A stretch of DNA of 63,963 bases, counting the filler, from a candidate division TA06 bacterium SM23_40 (lineage in GTDB: Bacteria; LJUI01; SM1-40): NCBI GenBank assembly GCA_001303705.1. It is 5 parts of 5 records of this genome, joined end to end, with 100 filler letters (N's around TTAATTAATTAA, not from the genome) between each part and the next. Parts side by side here need not be neighbours in the genome. Positions count along the whole stretch, not along the records: positions 13,182 to 26,134 come from LJUI01000070.1; positions 26,235 to 39,098 come from LJUI01000071.1; 3 more parts are not named here. One strand, 5' to 3'. How positions within the stretch are numbered: position 1 is the stretch's first letter; each line of letters begins with the position of its first letter. Shown here in pieces: positions 19,309 through 28,148 of this stretch. The notes under the pieces are model-generated. The model had not been told where the DNA came from. It did no database searches and saw nothing but the letters and a program-made list of their open reading frames with translations. The translations under genes were made by a program, and so were the position numbers.

Positions 19309-19989
19309 CTATTTGGGCTCGATGTCTCGCTCGTTGTATCGCTTGCGGAGATCCTTCTCGCCCGCCCCCATGAGTGCGGCTATCTCCTCGTCGAACTTCC
19401 CGCTCTCAACCTCCGCCACGCGATCGGCCAGATGCTGCGCGCGGGGAGCGATGTCGCGCGCGTACAGCCGCCGGCACAGGACTCCGACGTAGTATTGGAC
19501 GATCTCCGCGGGACAGCGCGACGCACAGAGCCCACACATAAGACAGTCGAACGAAATGTCGGCAGCTTTGGCGATATCGCCACGCAAGGCAGCCTGGACA
19601 TAGTCCATCACCTGAATATCCTGCGGACATATCTTGGTACACGTGTTGCAGCTGACGCACCTGGCCACCTCGGGATACTGTTTCAAGACCGCAGCGATGT
19701 TTGCGTCGAGCTCCTCAATGTCGTACTCGGCCTTGTTTGCCGGATAGAACGGTATCTGAGTAAGGTGCATCCCGTCCTCTACTACAGTCTGACAGGCGAG
19801 CCCCACCTTCAGCTTGTAGTCGTCCTTCGTGCGGTACACCGTTCCACATGCACCGCAGAACCCGCCCCGGCACCCACAGCCCCTGACCAGCCGATAACCC
19901 GCGTGCTCCATCGCCTTCATGATGGTGAGGCTCGTGGGCACCTCATACCGCTTGCCCATGATGTAGATGGTCACGTTCTCGTCTTCCAT
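19309..19989 (-). CDS. SdhB/FrdB-like Fe-S subunit ([2Fe-2S] plus two [4Fe-4S])
   Basis: GCRGGFCGAC...LACQT; CVSCNTCTKICP; CLMCGLCASRCP. Confidence 0.88.
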   Translation of the reverse strand: MEDENVTIYIMGKRYEVPTSLTIMKAMEHAGYRLVRGCGCRGGFCGACGTVYRTKDDYKLKVGLACQTVVEDGMHLTQIPFYPANKAEYDIEELDANIAAVLKQYPEVARCVSCNTCTKICPQDIQVMDYVQAALRGDIAKAADISFDCLMCGLCASRCPAEIVQYYVGVLCRRLYARDIAPRAQHLADRVAEVESGKFDEEIAALMGAGEKDLRKRYNERDIEPK

Positions 19990-20124
19990 CGTTGCCTCTT
20001 CCTCCGTGTCTACACCCGAAATGGCGCCCCCGCAATCGAACGGGAGTCTCGGCCTGCATCACTCTCTGTCGAACACATCGGATACTATATCGAGCCACGT
20101 CCTGGCCAGCGCCGGGGCCAATCC

Positions 20125-21243
20125 CTAGCGGGGCTCCAGCTCATCCTCCCTGAACGTAGCGAGCGGGAGGGGCTCATCGAGGTCTCTCCCTGCCACGTAT
20201 TCAAATGCCTCCTGCACCCGATGGCCCACTGTCTTGAACAGCGCGAGGAGGGGAATGTCATTGGGACACGCATCTTCACAGGCGCCGCAGGCGACGCATG
20301 AACTCGCCATGTGATTGAGTCGCCCGAGGTGAAACAGCACAGTGTCAGGAAGCATACGGTATGCCCCCTTTCGCGCAGCCCGTCTCAGATATTTCCAGCC
20401 CTCCAGATCGAACGTGTCCGAATCGAAGAAACAATGCATGCAGTAGCAGATGGGACAGACGGTCATGCAGTTGTGACAGTTGATGCACGGCGCCAGCATC
20501 GCGAGGAGACCCTCGAGTCCAGTAGCCTCTCCCTCAATCGAGGCGAACATCTCATCGCGTGCCTTCTCTCTGGCCGCCATGATCTCGCCCAGGGCCTCGC
20601 GGCGGCGCTCGTCGCTCCCCTCTTCGGGCGCCGCCAGTCCGTCGATGAGTGCCTCACCCTTCTCAGTGGTGGCGATGAGTAACAGCTCCTTGTTCAGGTC
20701 CGCGCCAAATAGCCCGATGACCAGATCGCCTGTCTCAGGAGCGGGACGCTCGCATACCCGGCATGCCGACCGGAGACTCTCATGGAGGAGATCCGAACTG
20801 ACCCTGTTCAAGAATTCCTCGGTGGAGCCTCCGCCATCCCTCTTCGCTGCTGCATATGCCCGGAGGTGCTGGGCCCCATAGCAGTCGAATCCGATGATAA
20901 TGAGATTCTCGAGATCTGCCTGCTTCAGCTTCGTGAGCTCCACCAGCGCCCTGATCTCACACGGCCTCATCACAACGGCTACCGGCCTATCCATGGGCGC
21001 GATCCGGGTGAGTCGGGAGACGGCCCTCGCAGCATTGATAGGCATGACCGGGGCGAGGACATCGATCCCCGAGAGCTCCTCGGGCTCGGTGATGAGTGTC
21101 TGCACCACGTTATCTGCAGAGGGGACCGCCCTCGGAGCCATGACCGCCCCGACCGAGGGACCTTCGAGGAGTCCGGCGAGAAATCCCCGTATCGCACCTG
21201 CGACATCGCCGTCATCTATCTGAAGCCTCGCTAGTTTAGCCAT
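20125..21243 (-). CDS. FdhB/FrhB-like Fe-S protein
   Basis: RPCEIRALVEL, GFDCYG, ACRVC, CINCHNCMTVCPICYCMHC, CVACGACEDACP. Confidence 0.82.
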   Translation of the reverse strand: MAKLARLQIDDGDVAGAIRGFLAGLLEGPSVGAVMAPRAVPSADNVVQTLITEPEELSGIDVLAPVMPINAARAVSRLTRIAPMDRPVAVVMRPCEIRALVELTKLKQADLENLIIIGFDCYGAQHLRAYAAAKRDGGGSTEEFLNRVSSDLLHESLRSACRVCERPAPETGDLVIGLFGADLNKELLLIATTEKGEALIDGLAAPEEGSDERRREALGEIMAAREKARDEMFASIEGEATGLEGLLAMLAPCINCHNCMTVCPICYCMHCFFDSDTFDLEGWKYLRRAARKGAYRMLPDTVLFHLGRLNHMASSCVACGACEDACPNDIPLLALFKTVGHRVQEAFEYVAGRDLDEPLPLATFREDELEPR

Positions 21244-21254
21244 CGTCACTCCCT

Positions 21255-21683
21255 CTACAGAGACCAGCACTTGGCCATCGGGCTCGGGCCAAGAGCCTCT
21301 ACGCTGCGGACCATCTCATCGACTGTCTCGGCGAATTTCTTGCCCTCACTTGCGCTGATCCATTTCATCCATACCCGGTCCTCCTCAAGGCCCAGCGTGC
21401 GGAGGATCGTGCGGAGCGCAGTCACCCGTCTCCTCGCCTTGTAGTTCCCGGAGACATAGTGACAATCTCCGGGGTGACATCCCGCCACTAGAACGCCATC
21501 TGCCCCCTCGAGCAGCGCCTTCAGGATGTATGCCGGATCGACAGATCCGCTGCACATGACCCGGATGCCCCGGATATTCGGGGGATATTGTATCCTCGTC
21601 GTTCCGGCGAGATCGGCGGCGTTCGATGCACACCAGTTGCACAAGAACCCAACGATCTTCGGCTCAAACCCGTTCTCGCTCAT
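21255..21683 (-). CDS. mvhD: MvhD-family [2Fe-2S] subunit
   Basis: FEPKIVGFLCNWC, IRVMCSG, GADGVLVAGCHPGDCHY, WISASEG. Confidence 0.93.
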   Translation of the reverse strand: MSENGFEPKIVGFLCNWCASNAADLAGTTRIQYPPNIRGIRVMCSGSVDPAYILKALLEGADGVLVAGCHPGDCHYVSGNYKARRRVTALRTILRTLGLEEDRVWMKWISASEGKKFAETVDEMVRSVEALGPSPMAKCWSL

Positions 21684-21744
21684 CAACAATCCTCCGCCTC
21701 ATACGTGCAATGCTAGAGCACTTCCTCATGACCCGGCTCACACC

Positions 21745-24700
21745 CTACAGTGCAGCATCGAGCATCGCAAAGAGCTGACGCTCGCGATAGCCTCGCAGCT
21801 TCGCCGCGCCGTTGGGACAGATCGTCGCGCAGACTCCGCACCCCTGGCAGATCGACTCTGAGACGATAGCAATCTTCTCGTCAGTGTCGATGGTGCGGGC
21901 GCCGAAAGGACAGCCCTCCACACAGAGCTCACAGCCCGAGCACCAGCGCCGATGCACCTCGGACACAAGCCGGGGAGGAGCCTCCTTCAATCTCCGGATG
22001 ATGGCGGCGGCGCGGGAAGCAGCTGCCCTCCCGGAGCACAATGTCTCTTCGAGAGAGCCGGGCGAATGGGCGAGCCCGCAGGAGAGAATACCCTCGGTCA
22101 CCATCTCCAGCGGACGGAACTTCACGTTCGCCTCGGCGATAAACCCATCCTCTGTAGTCTCTAACGGCGCGGCAGGCGGCGGCTCCGGATCGATACCGGT
22201 GCTCAGTACCAGCAGGTCGGGGTGCAGTACGATGCGGCCTCCGAGCAGACGATCCATGACCTTGACCTCGAGGCTGCCGTCCTCCAGCTCGACAGATGGC
22301 TTGTCTTCGACGTCATAACGCAGAAAGACGATGCCCTGCTCCCTCGCCTCACCGTAGTACTGCTCCTTCAGACCGTAGAGCATCATATCCCGGTACAAGA
22401 TGTAGACGTCCGCTTCAGGGTCCCGCCGCCGGATCTCCATCGCATGCCTGACGGCATGGGAACAGCAGATCCTGCTACAGTAGGGCCGCGCTCCTTCACG
22501 TGACTCGACACACTGTATCATCACCACGGCTTTGGCATCGAGCGGATCCTCGCTCTCAGCGAAGCGCCTGGCAAGGGTCCGCTGTCCGATAACGCGATCG
22601 GTTGTGCCGAAGAGGTATTCGGTCGGTTCATGTTCGACCGCTCCGGTCGCTATGATGACAGCTCCGTACTCGGTTTCTGCTGGCGGGAGGTTCTCCGTCC
22701 CTCCCTCGGGCCGACGGAGCTCCGCCCTGAACCGGCCCAGTTGGCCGGAGACATCAGTCACTTCGGTGCCGAGCGAGATGTTGACACGAGACGAAGCCTG
22801 GACCGCCTCAATCGTCTGGGCTACTGCCGCGCGTGGGTCGGCGTCGCCGAGCACGGCGAAGATCTCACGTGCGTTCCCTCCCAGCTCGTTCGACCGCTCG
22901 ATCAGATCTACCCCGATCCCCTGGTCGGCGAGGGCGAGCGATGCTGCCATTCCGGCCATACCTCCGCCCACGACCAGCACGCGGTCGCTCACCTGACCCG
23001 GCTTCGGCGGCATGATCTCCTCGAGCCGCAGTCTCTCGTATCCCATGGCGAGCAAGTCCTTCGCCTTCTCTGTCGCCGCCTCGAGATCGGCGTGCACCCA
23101 TCCATCACCTTCACGGTAGTTGACCCATTCCACCAGACCGGTATCGACTCCCGCCTTCCTCGCCCGTTCTCCGACGAGCAACTGGTACGGGTTGGGGGTG
23201 CATGCCCCGACGATCAGCCGTTCCGCCCCGCTCTCGGCGATCGCCTTCTCAAGTTCCTCGAGCCCTGACGCAAGACAGAGATAGGGAACCTCGGTGACAC
23301 TCGATACCCCGAGCAGCCCTTCGAGGAGTTCTCGCAGCGCGCCGAAGTCGAGGGAGCTGTCGAGTTGGCCGCCGCACCGGCAGAGAAACGCGGCGATTCC
23401 CCCTCTCTCCCGCGGCTCCTCCTCCCGCGTAGACGGCTCTTCGGTCCCGGTAAGTGCCTCTGTCTCCTCCGCGGGCGCCGGGACCGCCTCCGGTTCCACC
23501 TGCGCGCGCCCGAGGATCGCCGCGGCACCGGCGGCCGCCGCGCTCGCCTGGACTACGGCCTGGGGGATGTCGGACGGAGCGGTGAACGAGCCGCAGACAA
23601 AGATCCCCTCACGGTTAGTCGTCGTGCTCGAGAATCCTACAGGAGCACTGAATCCGAACTCGTTGAGCCCGACCCCGAGTGCCTGCCCTAAATCCCTGGT
23701 AGACTGGGGCTGCACCTGCCCGGCGGAGAGGACGACAAGATCGAATGCCTCGTGCTGGAGCTCCCCCTCCTCGGTCTCGTAGGTGATGACCAGATCCCCT
23801 GACTCACGCTCCTCCGAGACGGCGGGCACCCGACATCTGGTGAAGCGAATGCGTCCCTCGCTCATCGCGCGCTCGTAGTACCGGTGGTAGCCCTTTCCGT
23901 ACGCCCTCATGTCCATGAAGAAGATGTGGGGGACGATCTGGGGATCGATCTCTGTGAGGAGCATCGCCTCCTTCAGGGCATACATGCAGCACGCAGATGA
24001 GCAGTACGGCCGTTCGTTGTCGCGTGAGCCGACGCACTGGAGGAACGCTACGCGACGCGCAGGTGCACCGTCCGAGGGCCGAACGAGCGGGGCCTCAGCC
24101 GGCTCCCGGGCATCGCTCCTCAGCTCGCGCCCTGTGGGGCTTATCAGTCGCTCGAGATCGAGACTCGTCACTACATTGGCCAGACGTCGGTACGCGTAGT
24201 GGGTGAGCGGACCGGGGTCGAATTCCTGGAATCCCGGATCGAGAATGACTGAGCCAACCGCGAGTTCGAGGAGCTCCTCGGCGGCCTCCAGATCGATCGC
24301 CTCAGTGGGGCAGACCTTGACACACTCGCCGCACATCGTGCACGTCTCGGGATCGATGACATACCGGTTCGCCGTGGCATTGGGGTGGCTGAGATGGATG
24401 GCCTTGTGGCGCGTCAAACCTTTGTCGAATGGATCGTCTGTCTCCACCGGGCAGACGTCTACGCACAGGGCACAGCCGATGCACGTGGCCTGGTCGACAT
24501 ACCTGGGCGCCCGCGCCACCCTGGCGACGAATGCCCCGGCCTCGCCTTCAAGGCCTACGAGCCCGGATGAGGTGAGGACGACGACGCCCGGATGAACGAG
24601 CTCCCGCCGCAGGCAGAACTCCCCCGCGCCGTCCCGCGCCACGCTCGGCAGGAGCCGGCAGAACCCGCAGTCATTCGTGGGGAACCATTTGTCGAGCTGG

Positions 24701-24876
24701 ACCAGCGCCCCACCAAGGTACGGTCTCTTCTCGACGAGATAGACCTTGTACCCTATCTCCGCGAGGTCGAGCGCAGCCCGGATGCCGCCGACGCCGCCTC
24801 CTACCACCAGGGCTGCTCCCTTCCGCTCTCCCCCGGAGGCCGCTGTCTCTCGCTCCGATGTTGCCGCTCGCGCCAC
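21745..24876 (-). CDS. hdrA: Large HdrA-like flavoprotein with two FAD modules and ferredoxin domains
   Basis: ALVVGGGVGG, LDKWFPTNDC, QCVGSRD...YCSSACC, second VLVVGGGMAG, QCVESR...YCSRICC, C-terminal CSGCELC and CQGCGVC; SD GAGGAGGA. Confidence 0.93.
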   Translation of the reverse strand: MARAATSERETAASGGERKGAALVVGGGVGGIRAALDLAEIGYKVYLVEKRPYLGGALVQLDKWFPTNDCGFCRLLPSVARDGAGEFCLRRELVHPGVVVLTSSGLVGLEGEAGAFVARVARAPRYVDQATCIGCALCVDVCPVETDDPFDKGLTRHKAIHLSHPNATANRYVIDPETCTMCGECVKVCPTEAIDLEAAEELLELAVGSVILDPGFQEFDPGPLTHYAYRRLANVVTSLDLERLISPTGRELRSDAREPAEAPLVRPSDGAPARRVAFLQCVGSRDNERPYCSSACCMYALKEAMLLTEIDPQIVPHIFFMDMRAYGKGYHRYYERAMSEGRIRFTRCRVPAVSEERESGDLVITYETEEGELQHEAFDLVVLSAGQVQPQSTRDLGQALGVGLNEFGFSAPVGFSSTTTNREGIFVCGSFTAPSDIPQAVVQASAAAAGAAAILGRAQVEPEAVPAPAEETEALTGTEEPSTREEEPRERGGIAAFLCRCGGQLDSSLDFGALRELLEGLLGVSSVTEVPYLCLASGLEELEKAIAESGAERLIVGACTPNPYQLLVGERARKAGVDTGLVEWVNYREGDGWVHADLEAATEKAKDLLAMGYERLRLEEIMPPKPGQVSDRVLVVGGGMAGMAASLALADQGIGVDLIERSNELGGNAREIFAVLGDADPRAAVAQTIEAVQASSRVNISLGTEVTDVSGQLGRFRAELRRPEGGTENLPPAETEYGAVIIATGAVEHEPTEYLFGTTDRVIGQRTLARRFAESEDPLDAKAVVMIQCVESREGARPYCSRICCSHAVRHAMEIRRRDPEADVYILYRDMMLYGLKEQYYGEAREQGIVFLRYDVEDKPSVELEDGSLEVKVMDRLLGGRIVLHPDLLVLSTGIDPEPPPAAPLETTEDGFIAEANVKFRPLEMVTEGILSCGLAHSPGSLEETLCSGRAAASRAAAIIRRLKEAPPRLVSEVHRRWCSGCELCVEGCPFGARTIDTDEKIAIVSESICQGCGVCATICPNGAAKLRGYRERQLFAMLDAAL

Positions 24877-25021
24877 AGTCTCCTCCTCGGCATCTCACCC
24901 CTATCGCTCTATCGGCTCACGCCCCGGATGCGGTGCTGGACGCCGTGCCAGTCTGTGCGAACTCGATCGACGCAGGGCCGCGCCGCATGTGGGCGACCCT
25001 GACATCCTCGGGCCGGAATCC

Positions 25022-26134
25022 TCAATAGTCTTCGGTCGCCACCTCGATCATCTCCATGTACTGCCGGCTGCTGAAATTCGTGTGACTGATGGCTCCTGAA
25101 GGGCAGGCTACGCTGCACCCGCCACATCCCTCGCAGAGCATCTCGTTCACCTTCGCCACCTTCTCGACGAGGTCGACCTCGACAGCACCATATGCACACG
25201 CCGCCTCGCAGTACCCGCACGCGCGACAGACCTCTGGATCGACAGAGGCGACGGTCGGCTCGTGGTCGAGCTCATCGCCGGAGAGCAGATCAACCACCTT
25301 CATGGCCGCCCCCGATGCCTGGGAGACAGTATCGGTGATATCCTTCGGGGACTGAGCTGCCCCGGCGATGAAGATACCCGCAGTGAGGGTCTCGACAGGC
25401 CGCAGCTTCAGGTGAGCCTCCTTCAGGAACCCATATTCATCGGTACCGATGCGGAGAAGCTTCGCCAGCTCCTTGACGCCCTTGTTGGGCACCATCGCGG
25501 TGGCGAGGACCGCCATGTCTGCCGCCACTTCCACGTTCCTGCCGGTGAGCGTGTCGACACCCCACACCATGATCTTGCCGTCCTCCTGGAAGATCTTCGA
25601 CACCTTCCCGCGCAGGAAGAGAATCCCCTCCTCCTCCATCCCCCGCTGGACGAACTCCTCGTATCCCTTTCCGTTGGAGCGGATATCGATATAGAAGACG
25701 TATGCCTGGCCGTCGTGCACGCGGTGTTTGTACAGCATCGCCTCCTTGGCTGTGTACATGCAGCAGACACGAGAGCAGTAGGCCACTCCAGACTCAGGAT
25801 CACGCGACCCGACGCAGTTAACGAAGACGACCTCTTTGGGGATCCTCCCGTCGGATGGCCGTCTCACCTCGCCTCCCGTGGGGCCGGATGCCGCCAGAAT
25901 GCGTTCGAACTCAAGGGCCGTGACGATGTCGGGAGATGTGCCGTACCCGTAGGCTGCGAGTCCTTCCCACTCGTACAGATCATACCCCGTGGCTACGACG
26001 ATCGCGCCCACATCGAGGTCGACGAACGCATCTTCCATCCCATGCCGGATTGCATCGGGCTCGCACGCCGCAACACAGGCCTTGCACTCAGAGCACCCGG
26101 CGCAGTTGAGACACCGCTTCGCCTCAGATACCGC
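25022..26134 (-). CDS. hdrA: HdrA/HdrL-like flavoprotein, C-terminal part (5' lost in gap)
   Basis: Frame open to the gap: EAKRCLNCAGCSECKACVAACEPDAI, VGAIVVATGY, SGPTGG, CVGSRD...YCSRVCCMY, CRACGYC, CEGCGGC. Confidence 0.9.
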   Translation of the reverse strand, partial: AVSEAKRCLNCAGCSECKACVAACEPDAIRHGMEDAFVDLDVGAIVVATGYDLYEWEGLAAYGYGTSPDIVTALEFERILAASGPTGGEVRRPSDGRIPKEVVFVNCVGSRDPESGVAYCSRVCCMYTAKEAMLYKHRVHDGQAYVFYIDIRSNGKGYEEFVQRGMEEEGILFLRGKVSKIFQEDGKIMVWGVDTLTGRNVEVAADMAVLATAMVPNKGVKELAKLLRIGTDEYGFLKEAHLKLRPVETLTAGIFIAGAAQSPKDITDTVSQASGAAMKVVDLLSGDELDHEPTVASVDPEVCRACGYCEAACAYGAVEVDLVEKVAKVNEMLCEGCGGCSVACPSGAISHTNFSSRQYMEMIEVATEDY

Positions 26135-26234
26135 NNNNNNNNNNNNNNNNNNNNNNNNNNNNNNNNNNNNNNNNNNNNTTAATTAATTAANNNNNNNNNN
26201 NNNNNNNNNNNNNNNNNNNNNNNNNNNNNNNNNN
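26135..26234. other. Artificial contig linker
   Basis: N run with central TTAATTAATTAA. Confidence 0.98.
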
Positions 26235-26235
26235 G

Positions 26236-26931
26236 ATGGCGAAGAAGAAGCGGATCACCAAGAAGGAACTGAAACAAGATAAGTTCGCCCTCGCGGCCGT
26301 CGAGACGATGGACTATGCGCGACAGCACCTTCCATACCTCATTGGAGGACTTATCGTGGTTGTAGTCCTCGTCGTCGGCGCAGTGGGGTTCATGCGCAGC
26401 TCGGCGGAAGCGCGGACCAGAGCTGAGACAGCGCTTGCGCTCGCCAACCTCTCGTATATGCAGGGGAACCTGGAGAGCGCGATTGCACAGTACGATGAGA
26501 TCTTGAGGAAGTGGGGGAGGACGAAGCAGGCACGGCATGCGCGTTACTATAGAGCCAGTGCGAATACGCTATTAGGGAACTACGCGGCAGCGATCGAGGA
26601 CTACCGGGAGTTCGTCGAGTCAAGCGGGCGGGATGAACTACTGGCCCCTGCGGCCCTGCGCGGTATCGCGGTCTGCTGGGGGGACCAGGGATTATATCGG
26701 GAGGCCGCACGGGCCTACGAAGAAGTCGCTGATAAACATCCTGCGAGCATCTACGCCGCGTCCAGCCTGCTTGCTGCAGGCAGAAGTTATGCGATGGCAG
26801 GCCTTGATGATGAGGCAGCGAGGATCTATCAGCGGGTGATCGACGAGTACCCGGAGAGCGCTGAGAGCCAGGAGGCGGAGGGCAGGGTGGCCTATATCGA
26901 GGGCAGACATATCCCGAAACTATCTCCCTGA
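26236..26931 (+). CDS. Membrane-anchored TPR protein (YfgM-like)
   Basis: MAKKKRITKKELKQDKF, one TM helix, tandem TPR helices. Confidence 0.85.
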   Translation: MAKKKRITKKELKQDKFALAAVETMDYARQHLPYLIGGLIVVVVLVVGAVGFMRSSAEARTRAETALALANLSYMQGNLESAIAQYDEILRKWGRTKQARHARYYRASANTLLGNYAAAIEDYREFVESSGRDELLAPAALRGIAVCWGDQGLYREAARAYEEVADKHPASIYAASSLLAAGRSYAMAGLDDEAARIYQRVIDEYPESAESQEAEGRVAYIEGRHIPKLSP

Positions 26932-27173
26932 GTCTTCACGGTGTAGGGACTGTTCGCTGCACATCGCATTAGGGCCGGAAGATCACTGGAACAAGGGGGG
27001 CGGCGAGGCGTATAGATAGGTAGCAGGTCAGAGCTGAAGCAGGCGGCAGGCCTCGTACCTCTGTCAGGGTAGAACGAGCTGTATCGCCGTTTGGTTGAGG
27101 CCTTTCGGCCGGGATGGCCAGGGATGGGAGTACGGTATCGTCCAGACTCACACAATCTCAGGAGGTAGGAGTG

Positions 27174-27632
27174 ATGGCAGAAGAACGACCCGAATCGCAG
27201 GTGACAAAAGCCGATCCGTTGAAGCGATTCCTTGCATTCCTCATCGACGCAGTGATTGTCTTCGTCCTGACGTTGATACCGATTATCGGGGGGCTCATAG
27301 GCGCTGCCTATATGGTCTTCAGGGATGGCTTCGAATTCACGTTCATGAAGGGAAGGAGCTTGGGGAAGAAGGCGATGAGATTGAAGCCCGTCCTGACCGA
27401 GGATCAGCGTGTCTGCGATCTCCCGACCTCATTCAAGAGGAACTGGATACTCGCCATCGGCACTGTGATAGCGATCATCCCGGTGATCGGGTGGGCCTTA
27501 GGTGGAGTCATCACACTGCTCGCCTATCTGGTCGAGGGGATCCTGGTGCTCAGCAGCCCGGATGGCAAGCGTATCGGGGATAACCTGGCCAACACGGTGG
27601 TCATCGAAGAAGTCCGTGAGGGGCAAGAGTAG
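27174..27632 (+). CDS. RDD family membrane protein
   Basis: KRFLAFLID, GRSLGKKAMRLK, SFKRN, GKRIGDNLANTVV; SD GGAGG. Confidence 0.9.
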   Translation: MAEERPESQVTKADPLKRFLAFLIDAVIVFVLTLIPIIGGLIGAAYMVFRDGFEFTFMKGRSLGKKAMRLKPVLTEDQRVCDLPTSFKRNWILAIGTVIAIIPVIGWALGGVITLLAYLVEGILVLSSPDGKRIGDNLANTVVIEEVREGQE

Positions 27633-27641
27633 AGCCGCCCA

Positions 27642-28148
27642 CTACTCTCCGTCTTGTGTTCCGCTCTCTATTTCGAAATCGGGAGCTCGGAAGTACGGGG
27701 AGCCATCGTAGACCGTGATGACGGTGTCTGCGCGATCCTGGTAGAATGCGTACAGGCAGATGGTATCGCCCGGGCAGAGAGTCCGTTCAGGGCACGGGAA
27801 CTCCGGCTGGTCGCAGTCCAACCAGTATGTCGAATACCAGCCCGCGCCGAAGTCTTCGAGCAAATGCTCGCACGCCTGGCTCCCGTAGTGAGTGATCGTC
27901 TCCCAGATCGTATAGCGACACGTATAGAACCAGTCGTTCTGAGGGTGACTGATGAACACCTGAACGCCATTCAGGGGCTCGCCGTCTACCCTCACTCTCC
28001 CATAGACCATGGGTGGACGTAGTCCGGGTCAGACAAATATATCGAGGCAGTTGAACTGAGGACACCCGCTCTTCTCGATCGCGTGCATCGACGGCGCAGC
28101 TGCAATCGAGAGGAGCAGGGCACATAGCCCGAAGACGCGGTACATCAT
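27642..28148 (-). CDS. Secreted Cys-rich protein (168 aa) with in-frame TGA at codon 40: candidate selenoprotein, or nonsense pseudogene
   Basis: ATG overlaps the upstream stop (ATGA) and has an SD. Reads MMYRVFGLCALLLSIAAAPSMHAIEKSGCPQFNCLDIFV-TGA(28031-28029)-PGLRPPMVYG..., in frame with track ORF 27642..28010; SECIS-like hairpin follows. Confidence 0.65.

Noticed and set aside
17668-26134. Selenocysteine in HdrA or MvhD
   Set aside because: The usual Sec positions are Cys codons and the frames have no internal TGA; the same holds for the C-GCAxxG-C-C protein.
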